Counted from the first letter of the whole stretch, positions 25,916 through 38,284 are shown. The stretch: 63,456 nt of DNA, filler included, from Polymyxa betae A26-41 (GCA_003693705.1; 6 parts of 6 records of this genome joined end to end with filler, not necessarily neighbours in it), one strand, 5' to 3'. Notes: a model not told the origin generated them from the sequence alone. Numbers and translations are program-made.

Positions 25916-27698
25916 CCAACTTTCCCTAAAGAAATCGAAACACCAATCGCAAAATCAATTTAGTTAGCATTAGAGAGTAATCTCGGCTGCCCTCTTCTCT
26001 GTCTGTGTCTGAGACACCGTCATCCAAGCCTACAGATGAAATGAAAAGAATAATGCGAAAAGAAATTGAACAGAAGTCGTTGCCCCTTAATAACTCTTCT
26101 TTAAAATACATTCGATATCGATGTTCGCTGTTCCTCTTTTCATTTCTTTTGTAGCATTGACTGGTCGCGGGGAAACGAAGACATCTCTTCACGACTGGAT
26201 ATCTCCACTGTAAACCTCCCAAACACACGGCGTCTCGAGATGAGGTCGCCGTGTTCTCATGGCTCTCGCGGACTGCGTAAGATATAAAGAGCTGCGCTTG
26301 TGATAGGGTTAGGTACCCTTGGGGTGTCAAATCCACATTTCGACTCGACTTGACTTGTCAAAAACCCTAATTCAAGTCGTTTCCTGCGATGTGAAATTGC
26401 CGAAGTCGACCCGACCTTGGTGATTTCAAGTTGACTTCAAATATTTGAATGATGTCGACTTGATGGACTCAAAGTCAACTCCTGAACTCGCTTTGTTGCG
26501 CGTTGATTTCTAAAGTTGCATTCCTCTGTATGATGCCCCGAAGGGTATCAATTATGCTGCCTTACAGAAAACGTCTTTCATGATTATTACTCGCATAAGG
26601 CAGAAATAAACCTTTCACTGTTTGTTGAACAGCAATGGATCCAGCTCTGAGGGAACGCTTGATCGCCTGGCAACGAAGTCGACATCGCAGCCAGGAAAAT
26701 TTCTTGCCATAACTCTATCCAGATGTCCGTTAACGCTGAACCATAAGCACGCATCCCGACCTCGAAAATTCATTCTCGCAGCGAAACTCACAATTAGGTA
26801 GTTCAGCAAATTGTTTCGACACAGAAGTCCAGATATCTATCGTGACGTTACAGCGACGATGATTGAAAGAATTGTCAAAGAGAGCCAGGTTGCGGTCTCT
26901 CGTCGTTTTCCATCTTTTTTAGACCCATCGCCAAACAGTATTCTTGATAGCAGCTCCTATCATATCCCGGCTCAACGGACAGAATGTAGTCAATGAAACT
27001 CTCACGCTCTACCTCACTCAATGGATGTGAATCGTGGATGATGATCTCGTCAATCGATTGCGCTTCGATCTCGGTCATTCGATGGCTGGTAATATTTGGA
27101 CCAATTAGCTTGAACGAAACCATCCGTAACCAGAAGCTGTTTCGAATCGGGATTATACAAGGCAGGGTGCTGTGTTTAGGATCACACGAGAAGTGAAGGT
27201 TTCATTATGGGAAGGTTTTTTCATAAAGATTCAAAGAATTTCTTCTGATCAACCCCTTTCTCGTGTCAGTAGCTAAGATAGGGTTTAAGGTTTTTGCCGA
27301 TGTTTGACCAACTCGCTCGCCAATAAAGCGTATACGTTTTGACGCTTTTGCTGCTGGCACGGAGAAAAACCGACCAAACAAGCCGATCCAGGGACGATAT
27401 GAGTTTTCTGAAAAAAATGACAAAAGGTGGAAAAATTCAAAGGAACTGCGACCCAGAAATGTATAAATTTGTTGAAAATTCTGATAGAGGAATTTTTCAT
27501 ATTTTAATAGCAGAACAATGAGAACGAAATGAGACTTGCATTTGAATCAAGTAAGATGGGTAAATTTTCAAAGATTCCGACATTGGAAACTATGATCATT
27601 GCTTTTGTGTTTTTTGTTTAGATTTCCGAGAGATTTTCGGTTTTGCGGTTTGATTTATTTGAGCACAATCTCGAATCGGAATTTGTTACAGAAGGCGA

Positions 27699-28245
27699 TC
27701 AAGTTTCATTGATTCTTGCAATTCGTATGGCAGAGCAGTCCAATTCAAATCCGGGACAATAGTTGAATCTAATTGTACTGAATGAATTCCGAACAGGTCT
27801 GCAGTTTCTGTGAAAAATCCAACTTTCTTGACGCCCTGTATATACAATTTCCTTCTTTCGTTCCAGCATTCATGAATTTTTCAACTTTTTCCTTCAGTTT
27901 TCCGACATCATCCGTCACGGAAACAACTTCAATTACAACAACAGGCCCAAAAGGCAGATATGCTTTCTTCTTGTCTTCAGGCGACAGCCGAGACCTTCAT
28001 CGATATAAGAAATGTCTGGTAGAATCTGTCGATGCGATTCTGTTGGCTGAAGGATCTGGTAGCCACGAAGAGTTCGAATATATCCACGGACTCAACTTCG
28101 CCATTGTCGAGCTTGTCCTAGAGCCTCGACCATTTCTGTACAAGTCCCAGATTAGTCGCCATCTCACGAACAATCAGAAATGGCCAATCATTTTCTGCAG
28201 ATATCGGTCGTCTGAGACCAGATTTAAGTCCGGTGGAGGTAACAT
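27699..28245 (-). pseudogene. Uma2/DUF820 PD-(D/E)XK endonuclease pseudogene
   Basis: Manual translation across frameshifts gives PDISYID (28019), YLPFGPVVVIEVVSVTDDVGKLKEKVEKFMNAGTKEG and WIF...PGFELDCSAI, the DUF820 motifs in the correct order. Confidence 0.7.
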
Positions 28246-28584
28246 TCTGAGCACTGAAATCGCAGGTTATTGTTGATCGGGAATTCCGACATTAAGCTAT
28301 CCAAGTAATCACATATTTAAAGTTGCGTGGAATTCAAAGATGTTTTCGACCCTCCGAGATGCGACCTTCGAATTGTCTTAACAACTCTAAAACCCTGCTT
28401 ATTTAAGGAATTAGATGTTTCGGACATTTGATACAATGTTTCAAAGCATGAAAATCGTATTATGTACAGAACGAAAAACTTCTTGTGTCAATTGGTTCGA
28501 AAGATTAAATTTTTTAAAAACTTTTGCGTATTTGATTTTGTTTTGAATTTGCACCTTTCTCATGAAAATTTGTTCAAAAATTGG

Positions 28585-28760
28585 CATGGATAATCGCCGA
28601 TGGCCTCTGTACCTCTTAACATCATATTCTATTTGACGAGCTGTAAAAGGACTACCATCTCTGTCTTTCAAACAAAATGCATTCATATAGCGATAACAGT
28701 TTCTAACAAAGAGCCTTATATGTGCGATATCCAAATTTCTTTGCAGATCCTTGAAAGATC
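28585..28760 (-). mobile_element. C-terminal remnant of a Tc1/IS630-like DDE transposase
   Basis: FKDLQRNLDIAHIRLFVRNCYRYMNAF...EYDVKRYRGHRRL resembles the IRRF..R.M.AY...VKKY.SHRR tail of such transposases. Confidence 0.45.
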
Positions 28761-29673
28761 ACTTCACAACAGGTCTTTCGATTTCGCCAACGAATAATAG
28801 GAGCCTTGTTTACGAAAACATTATTGAAAATTGGCTGCTTTGTACAGTTCCTTCACCTATATCCACAATCTCATATTTTTCATTTCCATCAAAAAATTGA
28901 CGAAAATTTCGAATGCCACATATGAGACAATAGAAGATGGGCTCAGTCCAGCAGCAGCTGTACAGGATACGGGGGGTGTCAATTCGTTGTTAGAATGGGA
29001 CGGGTCTCTTGGCTGCATTTTCCTCGCTTAGGGTCCTATTATAGGGGTTTTTCCGATATTGAGTATGACGGACAAAGCGGGTGTATTCTTGTTGATTCTG
29101 GATGTAGCCAGAGCGACATTGTGATTGAGCTGAGAGCACAGCCAAACCCTAAAAGTCAACACACTAGTCATTTTCATTCCATTTTAACAAATTATCATCT
29201 TAAACCAGCCTGGGACAAAAAATGTTTCACCAAATGTATTAATAAAACTGCATTATTTTATAGTTCGAATCGGTACTGTTTTCAAAATGATTCAGAGTGT
29301 TGAATTGCAATCTATGGAGGCGATCTCGGCAGAACGCATTGATATTAATCCGATTATAGGTTGGTTCAGGACTGGATTAGATAGGATGGCACCGTTTGTC
29401 CGCACATTTCGTCAGGGTGGGCTCGCCCAAGGACGGATCTGAGCAGAAGTTCCAGAATATCCGACTTATCAGATGTTAGAAATCATTTCAGCCTTGATGA
29501 GAATATAGACAAGAAACTCTGAGCGTTCGTTGAACAAAGACACCTCGCGCTACCTAACAGCAATGACGCTGTAAAGAGTTCATACAGAGCACGCCTTGCA
29601 AGGCAACATCCTCGTAAGTATCAGAATGCCGCTATAAATACCTTTTGACTGTACAGAATAGGCTGCCCAAGTA

Positions 29674-29861
29674 TCGACACTGGAGAGTGGAGAGTGGAGT
29701 GGACTGATAAGGCGGCTGCGCCATTTGTCGAGACTGGAGAGTGGACTGATAAGGCGGCTGCGCCATTTGTCGAGACTGGAGAGTGGACTGTTAAGGTGGC
29801 TGCGCCATGTTTCGAGACTGGAGAGTGGACTGCTAAGGTGGCTGCGTCATTTGTCGACACT
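29674..29861. repeat. Tandem array of ~4.5 x 42 bp
   Basis: Unit TCGAGACTGGAGAGTGGACTGATAAGGCGGCTGCGCCATTTG with point variants, plus a decayed copy to ~29900. Confidence 0.92.
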
Positions 29862-30044
29862 GCTCACTCTGGAGAGAGGACTCATGAGGATGCCGCGCCA
29901 TCTCGGGTGATTATTGGCCACGCAAGACACAGGCGGACAGAGCGAGGGCTGCGCTAACAAAACTCTGCGAAAGTCCGACATTTAGTGTCCGCTCCCGATG
30001 CCATTCGAGCTTCTGGTCGTCCTGAGAGCGTCCGCGTTCCTACG

Positions 30045-30857
30045 ATGCGTTCGGCGGCAATGAGATGTTTTGGGCTTTTGCTGTCTGCGGCGATTATGTT
30101 CGTGTTCGTCTTCGGTCTGGTGCAACTCTCGTCCCGGAACGATCGCCGCAACTATCTGGATTGCCGCCGTACCGGTTACGATACCCGGCTCCAGATCAAT
30201 CGGGACGGCGTCGGCGAGCTGTATCTCTACAATCGCGGCGTCTCTCTACGAGCTGTTCGCGATTTCCACAACGATGAGCGCGGCCTCCGCCTCCAGCTGC
30301 GTCTGGAGAACACCACCGCCAATCAGCTGCCATCGAGCGTCGAGGTCGACCTCAGCGACGACGGCCTGAACAACTCCGTGATCTACGCAAACCCTAAACC
30401 CTCGATCGGCACGGTCATGTTCCATCTGAATCGTCTCAAGGTCGACGATCGATTCGCTCCTGCCGTGATCCAGCTCAAGTCCGGAAGCCAGTTAGGGTTT
30501 TATACATTGGGTCCGAATACCAACTGGTGGACAAACCCTAATAGCGTCCTGGACTCCGATAATCGCGAAATCGCTTCGATTCGGACGAAGCCTTTCAGCG
30601 GCAACAGCAAGAATTTGGCGATCTGCGGTCATCTTCAGAACATCGAATTGACGATGTTGTTGGCGGCCATGGTTCAGGAGTTTCAGAAGTATGGAACCGA
30701 TTGTCGGTCGCTGCTGATAGAGCTTTCGGCAGGTACCGGATCTTGTTGGGATTGTTTGGCGTGGCGCGGCGCTGTCTGTAGGCGGCGTGCTATCAAGGCG
30801 TCGTGTGAGAAACAGGTCAAGGAGTTACGTCAAAAATGTAAAGGCATCACCTATTAA
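30045..30857 (+). CDS. Signal-anchored/secreted protein, possible Tubby/LURP-one/scramblase-like fold with Cys-rich tail
   Basis: Hydrophobic N-terminus; beta-rich body ending VLDSDNREIASIRTKPFSG...IELTMLLAAMV; tail with 5 Cys. The fold call is an inference. Confidence 0.65.
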   Translation: MRSAAMRCFGLLLSAAIMFVFVFGLVQLSSRNDRRNYLDCRRTGYDTRLQINRDGVGELYLYNRGVSLRAVRDFHNDERGLRLQLRLENTTANQLPSSVEVDLSDDGLNNSVIYANPKPSIGTVMFHLNRLKVDDRFAPAVIQLKSGSQLGFYTLGPNTNWWTNPNSVLDSDNREIASIRTKPFSGNSKNLAICGHLQNIELTMLLAAMVQEFQKYGTDCRSLLIELSAGTGSCWDCLAWRGAVCRRRAIKASCEKQVKELRQKCKGITY

Positions 30858-31238
30858 AACCACATCAATCAGCATCCCTCGTCGCTTTCAATAAACCAGT
30901 ATTGCTCTATCTGAAATCTGCATCAAATGACGAACCTATTATTTAGCGTTACTTGTATATTATTATGAATTTTCAAAGAAAAAATTTCAACCTTAAATAA
31001 CCAGCGCAACACACTTGTTGCGACTTTTTGTGGTTTTCGGCTCAATTTATATCTTCGGCCGTCGGAGACAGGCCGGCCCTCGTCAGGCGGGACTGGCCGG
31101 ATCATTTCTGTTTTTTTGATTCTGGATTTTCGCTCAGTTGCTGCTACAGCTCTTTCCATTTCCACATTTTGTGTTATCTGCTGTTTTCTGTTGTCGATTC
31201 GCTTTGACAAAAGTGATCTTCTACGTTTTCAATCTTTC

Positions 31239-31338
31239 NNNNNNNNNNNNNNNNNNNNNNNNNNNNNNNNNNNNNNNNNNNNTTAATTAATTAANNNNNN
31301 NNNNNNNNNNNNNNNNNNNNNNNNNNNNNNNNNNNNNN
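31239..31338. other. Artificial contig linker (N44-TTAATTAATTAA-N44); also at 37585-37684, 43148-43247, 53050-53149, 61541-61640
   Basis: Identical 100-bp spacer with stop codons in all six frames; a plain N gap also lies at 43386-43440. Confidence 0.97.
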
Positions 31339-31838
31339 TCCCTCATTCGAGTGCTGATGCTGTCAGCTCGGCTTTACGGTATAATATTCAACTGAAAGAA
31401 GGTTGATGATAGTGAATTAGTGATAGTTTGGCTCTTAGCTGGATGCGGAATCAGTTCTTGAAGGTTAGGTTCATACCAGATCGAGTATGCCGTATCTCAT
31501 TCCGAATTGCGAAGCGAAGCGATCTTGGGCCGGCTTAGTACTAGCGTGGGGGACCAGCTGGGAACCGTATGGTGATCTACCCTTTTGTTTATCAAGTTTG
31601 GTATGAGCAGGCCGGAACCGAATGCGGCATTTTGCAAAAGCGAAATATCAAATCAAGGCATCGTTGCATGCTGATACTGCCAAATGGAGGTCCGATCTGT
31701 TATATGAAACCCGAAATCACAAAACAATGGCGATCCACAATAATGTCTCGAGATCCAATTCTGTATCATTCACACCAGCATTTTGGTGGCTTTGTATTGA
31801 ACAGATTCCGTAACAAATAGGTAGAGTATGATAGAAAA

Positions 31839-33712
31839 TTATGACAGCTGATCGGATAGCGGCAAGTTATTCTCCCCAATAGGATTCAAAGGTAGAATCT
31901 CATTGATCAGGTGAGGATCTTGATTGAGCTGTTCGAATAGTTGCATGTTGAATTGGTCGTTACCATCGACAAGCTGTTGGCACATTCTATCAATGGCTAC
32001 AGTCGCCATTACGCTCTGAACATATCCTTCAATTAGATCATCAATACTTAAGCCCAGCTGATTGAAATTCTCAAAATCCATTAAAACTAGACGACTTTCA
32101 TCTGCATCCCATTGACCATTGCGTTTGATAGAAAGATTAGTTCCCAGCATAGACCAGGAATCTTCTTGATTATGAAGTTCATCAGCAAGTGGATCTGCGG
32201 CACGACGTCCATAGATACAGATGGGAGTAAATCCATCCGGTGTCGAAGCCACCGTTAAACGAAGATCATATACATAAATCGAATTATTGTGATCCGGTAC
32301 AGTGCCGACATGATAGTACGTCCCACGTCGGCCCGTACTGGACCATTTCAGGTTCCCGATCAGCTGCTGGACGATGAACTTATCATAGTGATGCGGGAGA
32401 TCCATGAATCGATCAAGTTCGGCCTGTGACGTGATTGTATAAACGCCCTGGCCGGCATTAGCATACGGCATCTTGATGACGGCGTGCAGGCCCATCGAAT
32501 GGACATAGAGCGGGATGTCGGCTAATACAATATCAGTGGTAGTTTCTGGGTAATGGATCTGAAGTCCTGTGAATGGCATCTCGGTATTAAACAGGTCGTA
32601 GGCCTTGGCAGCGATCAGTTTGTTGCGACCACCAGCAAGACAGGCCAGGATGGGATTATAGACGAAGGTCTTCGTGGCGATTGGAAAACGATTCCAAGGC
32701 TTCTGGGTTACGAATCGAAAACAGGCTCAAATTGGATGCCAATCATCGAATTCGTCACGAACATGCATAACACCTTCGATCCATTTTACAGCAGGATCCT
32801 CCTGATATCATAAATTGAGGGCTTTTAGATCAGAAACCGAAATGGAATGAATTGAATGTACTAGAAATACTTTTAACTAATGAAGCGATTGATAACTCCA
32901 TATATAAAAAGCACAAGTCAACTTACATCATCTTGGGACGATTCCACCGAAAACACATCTTCATCAAATATAGATGACATGATTGCAGCATGACCTTCAT
33001 TCTCACATGGTCTTTGATCATAGATCACAGCCAAACCTGTAACATCTCTGTATCAAAGCAATAGCATTCTGCTAGAAAATTTCTGACCTCCTTCTGGTAA
33101 TGCATCTTTCTTCCTTTCAATCAATGTTTTGAATGATTTCAACATTATATGATGAAATGATGTCTGCACTTGGTTACCAGTTTTCTTCCATAGCAAGTTT
33201 GATAAGCCAGCTGGACATGAGTTTGTCTAACATGGATTCGATCAAGCTACAGATGTCTAAGAGAGAAAAACTGACCTCAATGACAATCATGCGACGCTGT
33301 GCTCGTTCATTTGTAGCTGGAAAAAGATCGGAGCCAGACCAGTGAAAATGTTTAGTTTTGTAGTTGAGTAAGTTGAGAATGGATCTTTTCACTACACCCG
33401 GATGAAGATGCGTGTATCTCTGAGCAATTCTTTCATTGCCGAGGTTGAAGAACGCCGTTACTGTTGGCTGATGGAAATTGAGAGAGAGAATCCAAGTTCA
33501 ATGTTCCTACTTACATCAAGTGATCCAGACAAGACACTCGGATTAAGTTGTTTCTCTGGTTCGAAATCTAAGCCGGTCATTCGCTTAGCATAGCGTCTAG
33601 CAGATATGGGCGGATCTGGCTCCGAGGAGGTCAATGGATGCCCTGTCGAATCGGCGCCAGATAGCAGAGCTAAGACTAGAATCCATGCGATGTTCACCTT
33701 CAAGAGAGCCAT
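31839..33712 (-). pseudogene. Multi-exon secreted ATP-grasp-like protein with one in-frame TGA (32729-32727)
   Basis: Exons encode signal peptide MALLKVNIAWILVLALLSGADS, then FFNLGNERIAQRYTHLHP, WSGSDLF, MIVIE|TNSCPAG, GLAVIYD, WHPI*ACFRFVTQKPWNRFP, LAGGRNKLIAAKAY, VIKMPYANAGQGVYTI, FIVQQLI and YDLRL. Confidence 0.7.
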
Positions 33713-34281
33713 TTTGTAAAATGAGGAATGAGGTAACATCATGTACACTGGACAGCGGTTGCGCTCTCCAGTCTCCACTGCGTGATTGCGGAACCCTCCG
33801 CCATTCGCCCAAGAGTTCAGTATTCCTCATTCTCCCATTAAACTCATTCTTCATCCAAGTGCTGGAAATCTCGCAGCATGAAACATTTTTCATCCACTGG
33901 GAATCTCACAGCCTAAATTCCACCCCATGCGTGAGCCGATAGTCTTCCTTCTTCAGGCGATCGTAAAGCTGGCGTCGTCGAGGCCTGTTTGGACTACGAT
34001 CTTCACGAGCCCGCCTCGAAGGAGAAAAATACTACTAATCGCTGCTTGATTCGGAGCTGAAGCCATAATAATGTGCCAAAGACTGTTGAATGTGCGAATG
34101 GTTTGGTGTCCGACTTATCTTCTACTGCCACCAGTATCGCGATAGCGAAACAGTTGGCTATGGTCGGCTCTGTAGTTGCTGGAACTTTCTTCCGCAGTTT
34201 TTTTAACTGTGAAGGCTAGGAGAGTTCATATTTACCTGTCGTGATGTTTTGCGACCTAATATATAAGATACTCTTATATTA

Positions 34282-34508
34282 GGGGGTATCAAACCTGCGC
34301 ATTCCCGTAGCGTTAAACGTCTGCTTTAAAGGATCTTTAAAGCGCTTTAAACTTTGCTGTTCATGCTATAAGTCGGTGAAAAATAGGTACTTTTCCGATT
34401 TTTTCGCAAGGTTGCGTGGCCTCCACTTTAAAGCGCTTTAAAACCGATGCCTCGGACAATTTTTAAAGCGCTTTAAAATTTCTCCGAAACGCCAACTTTG
34501 ATACCCCC
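34282..34508. mobile_element. MITE with GGGGGTATCAAA TIRs
   Basis: GGGGGTATCAAA (34282) and TTTGATACCCCC (ends 34508), flanked by TA (or ATT if the ends are one base wider). Internal TTTAAAGCGCTTTAAA palindromes at 34336, 34427 and ~34462. Confidence 0.8.
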
Positions 34509-34980
34509 TATTGTGTTCTAATTGCTGTGTCCATCGTTTGTGAGACATGACCGACGAGAGAGACGGATCAAGCAGATCAGCCTGCAACCAACAAAGACTT
34601 GAAATCATTCCAAGATAACATCTTCCAATGCTACATATACGCTTCAATTGCAGTTTGAAATCGCTGCTGGTCCATTGTAAACTGTGTTTGTTTTCTTGAA
34701 GCATTTAGGAAAATCTCATGCGTGATTTCTCACCATTCCTTTATAGAAAATCAATCATGGTAACCAGCGGCTTGCGTGCATTACAAATATATCGAAAATT
34801 CAAATGGAAGGCGAGCAATAAATACAGCAATTGAACCTGTTGGCTAGCAAGAACGTTTGGTTTTGACCATTGATATGGCGCTCGAGCTCTGAATCGAGTA
34901 GCGACCAAGCGACGCCACCTGTGACTGGACGTCCTTGAAAAGATCAAAGCCCTAACAAAGACCGACATCGCTTTCTTTAC

Positions 34981-36304
34981 GGTTAATCGTTTTCGACGCG
35001 CGCGTACACAGGCCGCGCCAGACGCGCGTGTCTGCACCCGGTCATAAATATGACGCGCGCGCGCGTCTGGCGCGGCCTGTGTACGCGCGGCGCTCATAGC
35101 CCATAGGGGCCACCGGCCCACCAGTGGCTTCTGTGAATAACGTATACATTTTCGAGTTACATCGATCTGTTGATTTATGGACTTTAAATAATGGGCATAG
35201 CCTATAAGATCGATGGTTATGACTAACATCGACATTAGCAATGCATTCCTTACAGCGACATCAATTTCTTTTCAATCCAGACTTACTGAATCCCCTTTTC
35301 TTCGTTTCTTAATGGATGGAGGCAATCTTTTTGACCTGCTGATAGAGTTTGCCATATCTCATGTCAGATTTCGAAGGACAAATAATGTTACTGTACGCTT
35401 GTAGAGTACGATTATGTCGAAGATCCCGAACTGGTTTGAGCTGGGGCAATTCAATACCAGTTAATTCAAGGGCAATTTTCTTTTTTGGAGCGCTACTGTA
35501 TAAAGTGGATGGTTGCATAATCGCCATCATGCAAGTTGCTGAAAGTGAACAAGTCGCTCGTCAGACGGGAAAACACGGCGCATATTCCGACGCAGGGTAT
35601 TAAAATTGCAGTGAATGAGCGGCATGTAGGTACGCCGAATTTTGTGCTATCTTCGAGAGTGATCTGATGTGCTTCCGGAAAATGTTCGGATGCAGAAGCA
35701 GACGCCACCTATTCTCCTGATGTCATCTCCTGCATGAAGGGAATTGATGCGTCTGTTTCCACTGATTATTCTACTGCCCGTCTACAAAAAGGCTCCATTG
35801 ACGCTCAATCAATGAACATTTTAATTCAAGTGCTGTCTTCAATGCGTGCTCTCTTACGAGTAATTTTCAATGACCCGTAAACAATTTAATCCGTGTAGAA
35901 GGCGGGAGATATAAATAAATATTATTCATTTGTGGGGATGCAGTTTCGGGATATGCTGACCCGCTATTGTCAGAAACTAGAGGTTAATGCTGGAGACTTG
36001 GAGCTAAGAGGCGACTGATGAAACAACACAGGGCGGATCAAAGCAATCATCGTTCAGCTGGATGTTAGGGTTGGAGCAACTGGACACTTCCTGCTCGAGC
36101 TCGGCGAGAGCTGCATGCGTCTGAACAAGAACCCCATATCTGCAAATATAGAGTGTAAAGAGAACCAAGAAGGCGCTAGAAGGTGGCCTTTATGAGAGCT
36201 GCGCGTATACAGGCCGCGCCAGACTCGCGTGTCTGCACCCGGTCATAATTATGACGCGCGCGTCTGGCGCGGCCTGTGTACGCGCGCGTCGAAAACGATT
36301 ATCC
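34981..36304 (-). mobile_element. Non-autonomous Mutator-like element with ~120-bp hairpin termini
   Basis: Inverted ends GG(T/A)TAATCGTTTTCGACGCGCGCGTACACAGG; TSD GCTTTCTTTAC at 34970-34980 and 36305-36315; internal SWIM-like remnant TCRSFTAILIPCVGICAVF. Confidence 0.85.
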
Positions 36305-37915
36305 GCTTTCTTTACAATCGGGTATTGAAGGATGACTACTGGACAGCTAACCCAACTATAACAGATTATCTATGCTGTATTAAACAAGGTTCTCACAAAA
36401 GTGGTTAAATGACAACGTACTACTTTCGTCAGAAACCTTGTGGTCTGTCTTTCATGCATTCATTTAGCATGGCGATAATAATCAGCCTCAGTCCTGCCGG
36501 AATGATACTCCGATGGGCAATTTCGTGCAATTTAATGAATTTTATTGACCAGTGTGTTTAGATAGCCTAAAGTAAGTCAATACAACGTTCGAATTCTCAG
36601 TCGCTTCAAAAATGGCAACCAGAAAACGGTTATAGAGCTGTTCTTAGAAGGTATCAAACGCAAGTTTTAAAAGACGTTTTTACCACATATGGTCATATGC
36701 TCTGCCGATATAAAAGCGCTTTGAAAGTTTTAAAGCACCTCTCAAACTCAAAAAGCTTTTAAACTTTTTACGCGCTTCAAAGTTCTGCCGATTCTGCGGA
36801 ATGTTTTTTTCGCTTATTTGCCCATTAAAGCTCTCTGTGCATTCTTGCTTGGCACCATTTGGTCATTCGTCTTCCATAGTGAGATGGGCTACGTGCAACT
36901 ATGGGAATACTATCTGGCGGATGCTGTTTGTCCACACCTTCAAGTTTTATGATTGCTCTGTCCAGCGGGAGCCACAATGCTCTATAGATGATCGAGGTCC
37001 ATAGTACGCTGTGACCGCCGACGTTTGCCTGATCTCCAGCTTAGCACGCTTATTCGAATTTCAGGCGGTGCAGTAATGCTAAAGTCTAAATACACAAGTT
37101 TTTTCTGTGGTTCAGCACCAACCGAATGAAGGTCCGATTTCTGGAGTCATCTTCCTGTCCCTCAATTAAGCTCCCTGATACGATCTTCCGATCAAATATT
37201 CAGCTAGCAGAATGTATTTTCAATTTTTATGTAAACCCTAACCCGTCTAATTTACAGCGCCCAGCTGACTTTGCAAAGTCCAGTACTGCTTTTCCAGACA
37301 GCATCGGAGCTCTTCGACAAATTCCAAAACTTCTAGATAAGGCAGCTGCCTCAGTGCTCACAACTCTCTGATAAGATGGTCTCGCAGGGCAACATTTACG
37401 AACCTAAACACCAATGAAATTCGATTTAGAATCGATATAAACGCGACCTATCTCTGTCAAACTTGACGAATAAGGGATATTAAATGCATGAGTTTATTGA
37501 AAAATGTAACACTCTCGCTGTTCGTCGGCGATTCCTGAATCGAAATAATTCGTATTCCTGATTCTGGACATTTTCAGCGTCTTTNNNNNNNNNNNNNNNN
37601 NNNNNNNNNNNNNNNNNNNNNNNNNNNNTTAATTAATTAANNNNNNNNNNNNNNNNNNNNNNNNNNNNNNNNNNNNNNNNNNNNGTCTTGGTGAGCTGCT
37701 GCATTCGATGATCTGGTTTCCACCATGTTGGTTGCTGGTCGTGAGCAGCTGGGACTCTTAATCTGCTAGACGGAGTCGAGTTTGGAATTGGGAGAGTTTA
37801 GAAGAAGTGAAGTATTTATCATAATATTGAGATATATCAAGGTTGTCAAGGGCGTGTGCCCTTTGGTACGGTCATCAACCGTGTCGTGGCGTATCTTCCT
37901 TGACATTCAGAAACT

Positions 37916-37997
37916 GCCGTTGTGTCCGAGTGGTTAAGGAGAATGATTAGAAATCATTTGGGCTCTGCCCGCGCGAGTTCGAGTCTCGTCGACGGCT
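37916..37997 (+). tRNA. tRNA-Ser(AGA)
   Basis: Full cloverleaf, anticodon loop TTAGAAA, long variable arm, poly-T terminator directly downstream. Confidence 0.94.
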
Positions 37998-38284
37998 AAT
38001 TTTTTTATTTGTTCTGCTCTGATTGTTTTAATTTAAAACCATTGCAATATGATCTGGAACGTTTTTGTCTTGAATAAACCCCTTTTGCAGGGTATCGAAT
38101 TATCAGGTGTTTCTGAAGAACTATGATTATTCATGAACTCCGTCTTGAACATCTGTTTTACTAAGTACTGATGCTAAGGCTATAATGATTTGTATTGACA
38201 GTAATAATACAGAATCAACACGGGACAGTAGAGATGCTCATCATAGTCTGAATGTACTGCTACAACACATTTTGGACATTATGA

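Noticed and set aside
27782-28276. 164-aa plus-strand ORF
   Set aside because: Antisense shadow of the minus-strand Uma2 pseudogene.
32727-32729. In-frame TGA as selenocysteine or an alternative genetic code
   Set aside because: The position appears to correspond to Arg rather than Cys, and intact genes here (Rac, 7TM) use TGA as stop; CpG deamination is simpler.
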